From positions 434,001 to 498,000 of the forward strand of contig CM038998.1 of assembly GCA_017499595.2 (NCBI GenBank): a stretch of 64,000 nucleotides of DNA, given 5' to 3'. The stretch's first letter is position 1. The number at the start of each line of letters is the position of its first letter. The translations under genes were made by a program, and so were the position numbers. This DNA is from Psilocybe cubensis (Eukaryota). Of the stretch, positions 25,125 through 39,210 are shown in pieces. Below the pieces are notes generated by a model, which did no database searches, was not told the DNA's origin, and worked only from the letters and a program-made list of their open reading frames with translations.

Positions 25125-27970
25125 TTAGGAGAACCTGAAGTTCCAGTGGTCTCCGCCGACGGAGTAGACAATACTAGGCTGGATTGACTTCAAGTTGTCA
25201 TCCTTGTCCACCCGCGCGTATGGCCATTGGTTGGACCCAATCTCCTTGTAGCGACGACCGAGGTATCCTTCGTTGCTCTTCTTACCTTCCCCTTTGTTCT
25301 CAACTCCCGGGTGGTAGATACCGACGGTGAATGGCCAGTTGACTGCGTTATCTGGAAGAGTTGCAGGTTGCTTGACGAAATCGCTGGCATTCACGTTTGC
25401 CCTATGTCACGCTAACGTGAGATTCATTTCATGGGAGAAGGCATGAAACATACGCAGGGGGTGTAGTAGTGAACAAAAGGAAGGAGAAGTTCATGCCAGC
25501 CCCGGGAGCGTGGCCCTCTGAGAACCATTGGAGAACAATCGAGAATGTGTAGCCGCTCGAGGGAAGACCCGTGAAGTGGCATCCTTGACTCTACAACAAT
25601 TGCTTTGTTATTATATGTGCAATATCTTATCGAAGTATGAAGCGAACCTCATTAGTGGCAGTAATTGTTGTCTGAGCGAAACCGATCGAGACACCGGGAA
25701 TGGAAGGACCGCTGCCAGTTAAAGCCCCTACGTGGATTGAGTTTCGTAATGCTTTTCGACAAAGATAAATGACATAGACGTACAAGCAGAACCAACAGGG
25801 GCATTCTCGGCATCTACTTCCAGAGTCCACTCAGCAGACGATGGATATACACCGGCTGGAATCTCGCAAATGGCAGTGCAGATCATTTGAGCACCACCAG
25901 CCCGGTATGTGATGTTCCTCCAGCACACATCGGGGCTGCCAGCAATCCATGTATCAAACCCAGCGGCTAAGAGATAAACTATGAGTTTGCAGCAATCTAA
26001 TGAGCGACCACTAGTCACCTGAAGCAAATGCGCCGGTGTCTTCATGCGGCCAGTCTGGGTCCGGGTTGGCGGCAGTAGGATTACGCGACTCGGCGATGAG
26101 GCAGTAGTGGTCACTTCCCGACGGCGGAGGCAGTGGGTTCAGAAGGTCGAAAGCCGTCAAGATCACATTGAAGCTATTAGCAGAGGTCGATGTGATGGTG
26201 CGAGTAGCAACGAACGGGTCTCCATCATCGTCGAAATCAGTGACCGAGAATTGCGAATAGTTGGACGGATAGAGAAGAAGGGCGTTCGGGACACAGAACA
26301 ACCTGAATTCGGTGACATAGTTGCTTCCCAATGTACAGTTTCCTCGCAAATAGATGTAGTTAGGCGCGCCTTCGCTCACGGCGACAGCGTTCGCATCGCA
26401 CCAATCTATGTTGGCATTGGATCCCCCAAGGATGGTTTGCGAGTCCGACCTCGGAACTGTACCAACAGGTTGAATATCTAGATGAATTCATGAGTTAGAA
26501 TTTAAATTGTTAAGTAAAGAGACCCGATACGATACATACCAGGAGAATGAGACAGAGTGGTCGTTCGGGGGAACAGGTTTATGTTGCCAATGTCATCACG
26601 GAACCACCATCCAGTTGCGGCACCAGTGATAATGTCAGTGGTTCCAACGGTGCCTTCCTTAGCCACGACAGCCTGAGCTTCAGCTTTCTTCACTTTGAGA
26701 TGTTCTTTAAGCTGATTGGCGGATGGACTCGAGAACCTCAAGTTGGTGGTAGCGTCATCGTGGAACACAACGTTGAGGGACCCAAGCAAAAAGACTTCGC
26801 TGATGGGGATGAGACCACGACGAGCAGTTTGAGGCACGACAATGCTTGCTTGAAGGGAGACCCAAGCGAAAGTCTCAATCGTATCTTCTGCCGCGGGGAA
26901 GATGTTGAGTGTGATGATGTCGTCAAATCCGCCCGAGAGGCTGACATGAACTCCAATATCATCCGTGAGAGGGACCTTGTCCAGATTGATCATCCCACTT
27001 GGGGAGGACATAGACACAGATGTTCCCGCTGGCATCGTCGAAGTCTATCGTGTGTTAATTTTCTTACCAAATACTAGTAAAGAAAGAACATACTGCAAGG
27101 GTTATCAAAAAGTTGAGAGGGGATGTGCCATCGTCGATAACCCGAAGGCGTGTAGAGACACTGATCACAGGTGCGTTAGGGTCCGCGACAACGACCTAGA
27201 TATTGTTGGTGAGCAGGGTTTCATATGACAAGTTTCCAAATAAACTTACATTGTAAAACACAGTGGACGTGTCGTTGTTGATAAAGTCAACCATATCCTG
27301 CCAGTTGCTGGCATCAGCAGGAGGTGCTTGCAACGCGTCCCTGAAACGCGTCTTCGAGTTAACCACAGCCGGAACTGGAGACTGCGTGGCGATCAGCGTG
27401 GTGTTGAACCCGCCCATGTTTGGTGGCTTAAATGCGAAAGGCGTTCCCAATGCAACCACTGATAGACACCTCCTTCAATATAGTCATTGTAAGTTATTGA
27501 TGTTTAACGTACCTGAGTTGGGAGTGGAAGTATCGATAACAAGGGGCCCTGGGCCAGTGGGCTTGACCTGGTTCCAAACTTGAGGCCACAAGATGAGCTC
27601 GCTGGGAACCGCACGGAGAACAACGGCAGTCTTGGATCCCGCGGTAACGCTGGAGGTCGTCTGTCCTCTGAAAAAGACATTGTTGATCTCGCTTGGTTGA
27701 AGCGGGAGGCTCATGAACAGGTCGTATTCACTGATCAACACCGCCGGATCGACTTTGTTGCCAAAGTGGGGGATGATATCCGGCGTCTATTGGGGTGTGA
27801 GTGATTATTGCTATCCGTTGAGGCATTAAACACTTACGAAGGCTGTCGCCTTGGTGGACACGACATCGTCAGTCAAGACTGCACCAATGTCAGATTTTCA
27901 TGTCTGTGAGACGTCGCAATGCGATACACTCACAGTTGCGAAAAATGAGGTTGTTGGTCGATTTAGACAT
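25125..27970 (-). CDS. Paralog D, apparently intact member of the uncharacterised family (about 11 exons, roughly 750 aa, no signal peptide)
   Basis: ATG 27970; exons splice to MSKSTNNLIFRNFLTDDVVSTKATAFTPDIIPHFGNKVD...ELILWPQVW...GWWFRDDIGN...SHSPDIQPVG...NYIYLRG...LLLYP...DHYCLIAE...WRNITY...YSVGGDHWNFRFS*; canonical GT-AG introns; TATA-like element upstream. Confidence 0.88.
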
Positions 27971-30231
27971 CTTTGAGATTTGTTTGCTTGTTAGCAATGG
28001 ATCGCTGGGGTTCTTGGATGTTGAACTGAGGAATAACTGTGAGTTGGTTTTTCTTTTATACCCCAAAGCCTCCTGTGAATACGAAAGAAAAGTCAGACTC
28101 AAATCAACCCCTTACCTTACTTGCCACAAGCGTAACGGAAGACGTCAAGCAAATGCATTCAACTTATTCGGATTCCTTTGTCGTTGAAGCCCATTTATGA
28201 CTGATACAATGGATGGAGAGCTTCAAAGATAGGTCACCCATACCTTGTTTACCGTCCAAATAAAACATCCGAAGGCTCTAGTACTTTCTGTTGATTTATT
28301 CGCAGTTCGCATCTCGAAAGCACCGGCCCCAAATAGATCGAATAAACTTAGTTCATGCAGCCTTGAAAGAATGGATGAATAGTCGCGCTAATAGGGCGTT
28401 CTGTAATGTGTCGTTTGCCAGTGGACTAGTTGTGTCCGTTTTCGGAAGGAATGACAACAAGCATGCAAAAGTCTCGACATTTAGCATTTAGCAGAAAGCC
28501 TTGTATTTGGATTATTATATGCTAGAATACGACAAGTCGAGAAATGAAACTCACTGAAAACAACCCCACTCTTGAGCCTAGTTAAACGGTCATCATGTGT
28601 AGACAGCGGGGAAAATGGAAGTGAAAGGCAATCGAACAGCTTGAGCCGGACCTAAGCGTTATCGCGCCTACCTCTATCGAACTATAGAGCATGAAATAGA
28701 TAATGTATATACCACCTATCATCACACTGATATTCGGTCATGAAAGGATGGATGAACAGTCCCCTAGCCGCAGAACATGTTTGATTTTGCCAGTAAACCA
28801 GTTGGGTCTGCTTTCGGAACAAGTCACACAAAAACGTCCGACACAAAAAAAGAACGCCAGGAGTCTAGTGTTATATTACATGCCAGAAATCGAGCACATG
28901 CGTACTCACCAAGTATATCGCCCACATCTGCTGCCAAGCGCAAGCCCCGTCTCGTACGAATGGACACTGAAGAAATTCGGAGCGAATTGGCATTCGATGA
29001 ACTAGTGCAAAGTCTCGTGCTTGACCTTCAAATTGGGATCCAAGAATAGACAGTGTAGTCGAGAGAAGGCCCAAATGTTCTCAACTTGCGCGGGCGTCAG
29101 GCTGCTTATTTCGACGACATATAGATGTACGAGGATCAAATGATTATGCATTTGAAAAGCCATCTGCTTCGTGATAGGGGTCATCTCTGAGAAGAAAGTT
29201 CCCAACTCCAGGTTTCGACCATTGACGTGACAAAACAAATTGACATTCAAATGATTAATTGGAATGGTTCATCAGACACGTTCACCCTTCTCCTTCAAAG
29301 CCAGTTCGACTCCTGAAGCCATATACCATTTGATGAGGAAAGATGGCGACAGAGAATATCGACCCTGAAAACCGAGTTATGCTCGACGTTTTCCAGAATG
29401 AAGTATCGTCGAGTGCTCAGAACGTGTCTTTTGAATAGGACAATAGAATTGGAGCTATACGGGCAGAGGAGGGGTGCAAATGCATTATTATACATGAACG
29501 ATAAAACAACATGGAGATCTAAGAGTATTATGGTAAGCAAAGAGTCAAGGACAGGGTGTAATGCAAAAAGGCAATATCAGAGACTTGAATGGTTCCCGAA
29601 GGAATAAAACCCATCGTGCGAACACGTCGTGGTTATGTTTGCAGTAATAGGTTGCATCTTGCGAACAGAAAAGATGCATAGACTCACCGATAGCCTTTCC
29701 AATTGGAATTGTAGTGAACATGGATAACCTATATACCTAAAACTGGAGAGAATGGTATTAGTAACAATTCACTGGCAGACAGGGGTGGAAAAAGGTGGAA
29801 AAAAGTGGTCGAAAAGTGTCAGGATAGATATACGTGTTCTTCTCATAACCCTTGGGCTTCGAAGTGAGCTGAGTTTGTACGAATAGATTCTCATCATATG
29901 TGGAAATCGAAAGTGAAAGGATACGAAGATGTAGAAATACTCACCACACTGTAATCCAAAGTCATTGGCACCGATGTAGAAGACCATGACGGGAATAACG
30001 AACAACATAGCCACACCCGAAGCCTCAACAAGTGTGAGACACCACGTGATTAACCTGCCCTAAAGTCAGCCACCGGAATTCGACTATACAGAACCATCGT
30101 GAAGATTCCCACCGTCCTCAGGGTACCAGAAGGTCAGTCGACGACACCCAATATCATAATTCACGGTGAGCAGGCCCTATATTACCTTCTCTTCGTCGGC
30201 GACCCGTGTACTGAAGACGGTTCTTTCCTGA

Positions 30232-30797
<566 letters not shown>

Positions 30798-31764
30798 TCT
30801 ACTCGCTCGGAGTCCTATTGGTGTTGGGTTGTCGGGGACGTCGATTCACAGATGTTTGGCCGCCATGTACCACGAGATTATGCTAAAATTCGATATGCCA
30901 ATCTGTGTACTTCGACTTCGACTGTGCGCCATGATATATTTTTCATACCATTCCAAGGTTATGATGTCCATGTTGAGTTGCTCTTTATCAAAAACTTCTA
31001 TTAAGTATGTTGGCAAGATCCTTCCACGAACCTCAGCCGCCAGCACTCGCCGCCGTGAAAAAAGTTGTTACGCACAAGGAACGACCGCGTTTATGGTTCC
31101 TTTCTGGTTTTTGTCGTTGGGTCGACTTTTACCCTGTTTCTACATGCAAAATGGATGACCGCGTTCGTCTCACTGGATCGTAAATTGTATTCAGAACCAG
31201 CTTCGGGATGGGCAATGTGATAGTTGCTGACAATATCCTTGATATCATTTGGTAGTTGGTCGTGAGTGCGATGCAAGGCTGACATCCTACGTCTTTCATA
31301 CCCACATAGAAAGTACTGATAGAGCTATATCACCTGTCCTTGCTATAAGCAGATTAGTAGCCCGGAGAGGTGGTGAAATCATATGCAGCAAGTAGTTAAC
31401 TTCAAAAACGGCGGAGAGGTGCGTTTTGCCATGTGTTCCGCTGTTCTGCTGGTCTTATCGCCATTCAGTCTAGTTTTCTAGGGAAGACTTCTTTATTACT
31501 TTGTGATGTTCTTTAACTTCCATAGTGCGTTTCTAACAATTTCGAACTGTGGAAAATTCTGCTCGTTGGATGGGTCATGGGTATCAAAAATTGATTGTCA
31601 ATATGGATTTTTTCAAAGTTACAGAAGAGCATGTAAGTCAACATCACTGATCAGGTGGGTGCGTAACGACTGTGCGAAAAAGAAAGTGTTTGTCTGCAAT
31701 ATCAAAAGTATTTCGAATTCAGGTTTTCCAACTGTCGCAAACTTGCATTGCGTTGCCTACACCA

Positions 31765-34700
31765 TCAGACGAGATTCCAGTGATCCCCACCAACTGAATA
31801 GACAGGGACAGGACCAATTGCATCATATGCATCAATATCACCGTCGCCGGAAGCATAAGGCCAGGGGTTGGGGCCAATGTCCTTGAACACTTTACCAAGG
31901 TACGCTTTGGAATGCTTCTTGCCGTCTTGAAGGTGTTGAACTCCTGGATGATGAATTCCGACGGTGAAAGGCCAGTTAGCCGCTTCTTTTGGGAGAGTCG
32001 CGGCGGCTCTGAATTGACCTGTGCCCAGCGCCTTGGGCCTGATTTATGTGCATGGTCAGTGGCATCTGCGTTTTAATGCAAGAGACACCTTACCCGGCAG
32101 GAGGCGAGGTAGTGTGTAAGGAAAACGAGAACTTCATCCCTGCTCCCGGAGCGTAGCCTTGTGCGAACCATTGAAGCACAACTGAAAACTCATAGCCACT
32201 ACTTGGTAAACCTGTGAAGTGGCATCCTTGAACCTGTGTATAGAATAAACTCGGCATTCCGTCAACGTTGTTTAGAACAACCTACCATGTTTGAAGCTGT
32301 GACAGTTGTCTGAGCAAAGCCGATGGTGAGTCCGGGGATGGCTGGGCCAGAACCGACCAGTTTCCCTGAGCAAGAAGATCATCATAATTAAAAACATGCA
32401 CAACGTAACAGCATCTCAATATAATGACTTACATGCAGATCCAACCGGAACGTTATATCCATCGACTTGCAATGTCCACTCGGCAGAGGAGGTGTACACA
32501 TTATAAGGAATTGCGACATTGCACGAACAGAGTAATTCAGCACCGCCCGTTTTGAATCCCATGTTCCTCTCGCTGACTGTAGGGGTACTTCCTACCCAGT
32601 TGTTGAAACCGGCGCCTATGAAATCGTTAGAAAATGCTCCATGCCATCTTGCCGCTTGAGAAACGGACTTACCCGAACTAAACGCGCCAGTGTTTTCATG
32701 CGGCCAGTCAGGGTCTGGGCACTCGGCAGATGGATGACGGGTTTCTGCGATGATGCAATAATGATCGTTTTGCGGGGGCAAGGCCTTAGGGTCTAAGATA
32801 TTGAAGGGGTTGTTCAATACGTTGAAACTGTTGGCCGAGGGAGATGTGATGGTGCGTATGGCCACATACGGTTCTCCCTTGTCATCAAAGTCTTGGACAG
32901 ACCATTGTGCGTACTTCGTGGGATAAAGCAGCAAGTTATTGGGTACACAGAACATCCTTGCTTCGACAGCATAACCGTTTCCCTGGGTGCAGCTTCCACG
33001 GATGTATGTATAGTTCGGCTCGCCTTGGTTGATCGTGACATTATGCGAAGCACTGTAATCGATGCTTGCATTAGAGCCGCCCAGAATTGACGCTGGGGTC
33101 GACAATGGCGCGTTCCCAACAGGTTGGGTATCTATAATATATAAAGGTCAGAGGTGTATTTTATCGAGAAAATTCTGAACCGTACCTGGTGAAATATAAA
33201 GGGATTCGGTACGAGGGAAATGGTTGGAGTCGTTCAATGCATCACGGAACCACCACCCAGTAGCTGAGAAGGTCGAGGCAAAAAGGCTTGCCGCAGCATC
33301 CCCGCTCATTACAGATTGTGCGACATCTTTAGTCGCTTGAACATACTTCCTGAGAGCATTGGCAGCAGGACTTGCAAATCTGAGGTTTGTCGTTGCGTCA
33401 TCGTGGAAGACAATGTTTTGGGCTCCCAGCAAATGAACCTCCGTGATGGGTATTCCTTGTTGCGATGCTTGTGGGACTACAATACTTGCCTGGAGTGAGA
33501 TCCATGCGAACGTTTCAACAACCGCATCGGACGGAAGGTGAACGGTGAGTGTAATGGTTTCATCAAAACCAGGATCCAAGGCCACGTGAACGCCGACGTC
33601 GGTATTGTCCGAAATAAGGGTTGGAGCCATGTTTATTGCCCCAGCTGGGGAGGACAAGGACACACGAGTGCCATCTGGCATCAGAGAATTCTGAAAAGCG
33701 GAAAAAGTAAGCCGTATGCCTCTTTTATAGGGATAACAAATAAAACCTCAATCATAATATTGAAATCGAGAGGACTTTGACCATCGTCAATGATACGAAG
33801 GCGAGTGGACATTGTAATGACGGGAGCTTTTGGATCGGCCACCACCACCTAAGCGTTGTCTTTTCAGAATCACCCCTTTAAAAAGTCTCCTTTGGTCTGC
33901 ACTTACATTGTAATATACCGTGGAGGTATCATTGTTAATGAAATCCAGCAATTCTTTCCAGTTCTTCACATCGGCCGGTGGAGCGGGCAAAGCATCTCGA
34001 AGACGAATTGGGCCACCATCGGTATAATCATTCCAGACCAGTATGGCTGTCCGTTTGCACATTTAATGCCATGTATAAGTTTCCTTCTCCTTACATATAA
34101 GTCATAATTCTACACGGTTCCGAAGACATACTTCGGTGTCCCGGTCATAGACAGATGGATTCCCAGCATGGAAGAAACCATCCCAGTCATTGAACTTACA
34201 TGGCCTTCAGTTTTATTGGGAGGTACGAGCATAGAGGTAGGTCACCCATATATAAAAAGGCCAGTATCCTTCTTTCTAACTCCTTCCGCATATATATAAA
34301 CTTTCTTCCGCAGATAGAGAGTCGTCGAGATGACTATCACACGTGCCGTCCTTGCCGGAGGCGCGTGGGAATTCGGTTTGTATCCCGCTTTGCAGTGAAT
34401 TGATACTCGTTGAGAAGCTAGGATGGATATTAGATTTCGTTCAAAGTCTTACCAGCATGTCGTGATTACTACAGGCGTTTGTATAGCAGGTCATGAATAG
34501 AAATATTGCACTTTCTCACTTATAACCTCAACTGCACGCGTATTTAAACCTAGCACACCGGCTAGGCTTCAGTAATGGTGAATGGAAGCTCTTGGCTCCA
34601 ACCAGATAGACGTAATACGTCTATAAGAAGCATATACGCAAGCTTTTATAGCACGTATGAAGACTGTCTTTGCTCATTCAGCGTGTGTTGACTTAGAAAT

Positions 34701-35744
34701 CGTAATGTGCTGAGATGTGTCTTGTCGATGGTCGACATTTGCCGACTTCTCACGATGTCCCGGCTGACACGGCATAGACAAATGCCGAAAAATGCCTCTA
34801 TCTCTTTGGGACGGTGAAATGTAAAATCAATAATACACGGAGCCTGTAGATATGTGTAAGGGTACAAAACATTTATGAAGGGGCGTGGGTTTCCTATGTA
34901 AGGGATTGTAACTTATATATGTGGGCAGCAAAACTATATGTATGGTACTCAATATTTCATCTGAGGGCACAACATTTGAATATGTGGATTTGGGATTTTC
35001 ATGTGCGGTAACTTGCTGTCTGTCTGCGGATATCATAAGATTTACGTACAGGACCATTTACTCCCTACACTTATATGTAAGGGGAAAGAAACTTATATAT
35101 TGGCATTAAATGTGCAAACGGACAGCCATAGACCAGACCTTGAGTAGCAATAAAAACATTGTGAAACCCGCCCATTGAACTGGGGCTAATGATAAAAGGC
35201 GTGTTGAGAGCCATGACTTGGAATATATATTATAAGCACCATTTCTACCTCCAAAGACGTTGGAACTAATATGAAAACAGTACCTTTGTTGGGGCTCAAA
35301 CTTGGGAACATCAAGGGTCCTGGTCCTAAAGGTTTTTTATCGTTCCAAACTTGAGGCCATAGAATCAGTTCGCTAGGGACTGTACGCAAGGTCACAGCTG
35401 CCCTATCGCCAGGAACGATATTGGAGGTTGTGGTTGCTCGAATATAGATCAGGTTGATCTCATTTGGTTGGAGGGGGAGACTTATGAATTGATTGTATTC
35501 TTTAATGAGGGTCGATGCGTCCAACTCGTTTCCGAAGTGACAAACGATATCTGGCGTCTTCAATGCGATGAGTAGGATGAATGTGGATAATGGAGACGAA
35601 TGCATACAAAAGCGAGGGCCTTAGTCGCAGATATTCCGCTTGTTAAATCTAATAGTGATTTAGCGACGGCCTATACGATGCGTGCAGCGGAGTAAACACA
35701 CAATTTCGAAAGATGAGGTCGTTTCTTTGGTTGGAAGCAGACAT
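31765..35744 (-). pseudogene. Paralog E, full length but interrupted in exon 4 by TE3
   Basis: ATG 35744 (MSASNQRNDLIFRN); TPDIVCHFGN, ELILWPQVW, GWWFRDALND, NYTYIRG, DHYCIIAE, YSVGGDHWNLV* (stop 31765); 1089-bp insertion at IATQGLV|LVWNDY. Confidence 0.85.
34042..35130. mobile_element. TE3: non-autonomous TIR element, about 60-bp TIRs, TATGG...CCATA termini, 6-bp TSD GACCAG (IS3EU-like)
   Basis: tatggctgtccgtttgcacatttaatgcca at 34042 and its reverse complement ending at 35130; GACCAG at 34036-34041 and 35131-35136. Confidence 0.95.
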
Positions 35745-36832
35745 GTACTGGTGCCCAGGGGTTGCAGTTCGAGTGACTAAGAGATGGAAGTCTCAACTAT
35801 GAAACTGGCGACTAAACAGACTAGAGTCCTTGCATTTATACCTGGGCGAGCATGTATTCATTTTTTTTCTGAATAGTGAGTCAATGACACACAAACGCAC
35901 ACAAAAATATTGCGCATGGAGGATGCCGAACAATCCTTCTACACAGGACATTCTATGCTAGTGAAAAGTTTCTCTTTACTTCGATGAATGATGATGTGAA
36001 GAACTCCTTCTGTGGACTCACCAGCTGACATTCACGCACGCCTCTACAGCAAAGCTTGGAGTTAGAATAGTCGTTCATCGCCCGAATCAGTGAGGAAGGA
36101 TATATCTTTGACTATCTTTGATATCAGATACAATGGGCGTCGAACGTCCGTACTCCATAGTTTTGTCACACTGGAAGTTTGTTTAAAAATACTTTTATTA
36201 AGTGAGGCTCGATCTTAAGATTAAGCTATGTTAGTTTAGGCCCAAGGGTCCAAGAAGTAAAGTGACTTCTTTAGATCTACCTAACCTCCCACCTGTTGGT
36301 GACCAAAGGATAAAGGCTCCTATTGACATCAGATTTATTGTCTACCAAAGAGGAAGAAAGTTAGTGGTATAAGTTGATCTTAAAAATAGGCGTCGCTGGA
36401 CTTGACACTCGCACGCAATAATTCAGAAAGGCTTCAATCTGGGGTACGAGGTACAACGACAGGGATGTTTAATTTGAAAGTTAACTGCCGATCATTAAGA
36501 GTACATACTACTTCTCAATAGGAAAACCTGTGTGCCTAACATGTAATCGGGGAGGTCACCAGGAAGTCAAAGTTGTAGCATCGGACTCCTGAATATCAAA
36601 TTATATTTGTAACGCGGAAGGATGGCGGTGTACAATTCGCGCCGCGTATTTTACAAAGTACTTTGTTAATTGACAGCATACAATGACTGTATTCCCTTTC
36701 TTCCTAACTTTGGGCCAACATTGGGAGCACAGTGATAAGTTGCATACACAGGCCGTCTGTCAATAATGGTTTTGGTCTCAAGCAGATCCTGAAATTATTA
36801 CTTAGATCAGTTGCTATCATTTGCATAGCTCC

Positions 36833-38860
36833 CTATACCACAGTCAATGACGCAGCAATATTTGATGACAAGATGGATAACATACCATTGGCTACAGACT
36901 TTCGGCTGCTCCTTCGCGGCGCAATTGACGATTTAGAGCTGCTTTCAGGTTCTTCGTATTCTTGACATCCCTCATTTAGACTACTTGCATCTCCGTCATG
37001 CAATTTCCTGCGTTTGCTGGATTTTTGCGTAGTTACATGCTTAGGGGCCTGTTTCACCGACAGACTCCTACCTTCCTTGCCTCTATCACTTTCTCTGGCG
37101 TTTTTCTTCTCTCGGGAGGCGGTACAAAGTGCAGAGTAAGAGGAATACCTAGTCTTCATGTCATTCAAGAAAACGTGGTCGTATTGGATGCATGTCATTC
37201 GGATTATGTCAATGCCCTTCATTCAAGAATAATATAAAAATGCGTTGGTATGAATGAGATTTACTTTGCGTACCTCCTCGCCCTTGGAAAAAGCGTCAAT
37301 AATGTCGTTTTCAGTCAGATGCATTCCTTTGTTGATTTTTATTGACTTTATCTCGGAGCGAATCAGGGTCTCTTCGTCCGCTTTGGAAGTGGAAGGTAAA
37401 AGTTGACCGTACTTTCGAAGCGCAATACGTGCGCGCATCGAAATATAGACGTCATGTGCTTTGGCCTTTAGAAGACGCTGTGCCCATTCAATTTTCGTCT
37501 TCATACATTGAGGTTAACAATAGGTACGAGTAAATGAGTGAGAAAACCAAACGGACCTTGCTTTCTTGTCCGTTATACTGGGAGGCTGTCAATTTTCCAC
37601 ATATAGCGCACGTGTACTCACCTAGGTACAACCAGAGAGCTTTTGACGCATCAGGTTTGCAAAAAACTGTCCAGGGGTAACTTCCATGCAAAAGCTCGTA
37701 TCTGGACGAGTACAACAGGCCCGGCTGTCCGGGACGCATGGGCATAGAGGGATTAGACTCTAATTGCGGAAATACCATGCGTCGCTTCTCTTTCCCTGAT
37801 GGGTTGAGGTTATCCTGGATATATTGGAAGAATTGCTGATCACTTCCACCATAGATAAGACGCAGATATTTACGTGGTACTAGAAGTGTGTCTGGAGAGG
37901 GTGATACAATGAGGGCATTGGAAGACTGCAAATATTCCTTGGCAATGGCCGACAGATTGATCGGTGTAGTTGAATGTACATTGTGTTCTGGCTGTTTAGT
38001 GAGTTAGCGCGGGATGCTCCTGACTCAATATAATGATTGATACCTCGTTATACACTCCCGCTTGTGAGCTATGGGGAGCTAATGAGCTGTTCTGTGCTTC
38101 TTCAACATTACATGCGCTGTTCGAGCCATTTTCAGGCGCACGTGCCACCAACACTAGTTCGTTCTCTTCTGACCCTTGGCCCTCGATTGCATCCTGCAAG
38201 GACCTTGTAATAAGTGGATATCGATCTGTCATTAAGCACACAGGTTCTATCTCAGGATCATCCTTTTCAAGTTTTAAGATGCTCTTGCTTTCCGAGGGCG
38301 ACCCTTTTTTAATCTTAAAATTGCGCGGAGAAAGTTTAACTGGCCAGGAAGGTGTCTGCGGAGAAGCTTTGAAGGTTTTATCATGAGGATTAACATCCAC
38401 ATGACCCAGATTTTTCACAGGCGTTTCTTGGGGCACGGGAAGATTGTAGACCTAGGGGTATTCTCTTAGGTTTTTGCACATACAACACCACGAGCGAAGA
38501 AGCCGAATTACTTTACTATCTCGACCGATCTCTACAAGGTCCAAGGAGCTGGATCGTGCCTAAATTCATGTGTAAGATGCTTCATTCGAGACAAAGCAGA
38601 GATATTACCCTCTTCTGCGATTTATACAGTGTTAGCACATTTTTCGTATCGGCCTAGAGAATAAAGAATGAAATCAACGAGAGTGTACAACAGTCAAAGA
38701 GAATAAACACCTGTTGAAATTCAACCTGCATATTTCCATTTAAAACCAACTGATTTGTGTCATTCATGCCTAGTTCCACCTCCTTCAACCGATGTTTGAG
38801 TTCGGCGTTTTCGCGTTCCATCGCAACAAGCTGTGCCTTCAGTCGCGCAGTTTCGTCCAT
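36833..38860 (-). CDS. Multi-exon protein with N-terminal coiled coil and DUF6697-like C-terminal domain (3' end approximate)
   Basis: MDETARLKAQLVAMERENAELK start; NPSMPMRPGQPGLL...LWLYLGEY...MRARIALRK...AFSKGEE/GIDIIRMTCIQYD motifs recalled from the fungal DUF6697 family; ORF segments bounded by GT-AG. Confidence 0.65.
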
Positions 38861-39210
38861 GTTTGTAGGAACCTCCTCAGATAGTGATTGAGTGATTCGG
38901 CTTGCTTCTTTTGTTGCGTTGTGATAAGCCGTTTTGGAAAGCTTGTAGCCAGATGCAAGGAAGTGAAATGAAGAGTAAGAAAACCAACTCGACGGAAGCA
39001 AAGTCGGCCAACGTCGACGTCCAACGTCAACCTTAATTGAAATTCGTCCACGTGACCATGCCGAACGGCAAGAAATGTTAAACGGAACCGTTCCAGGAAC
39101 ATCAACCTGACCCCTTTCATACACGACCTTCCACATTATCAGTGGCTGTATTCGCTCCTTTCTCGCTACCAGAGTGATATCTTTTGTAACACGCAACTTT
39201 ACCGTTAAAC

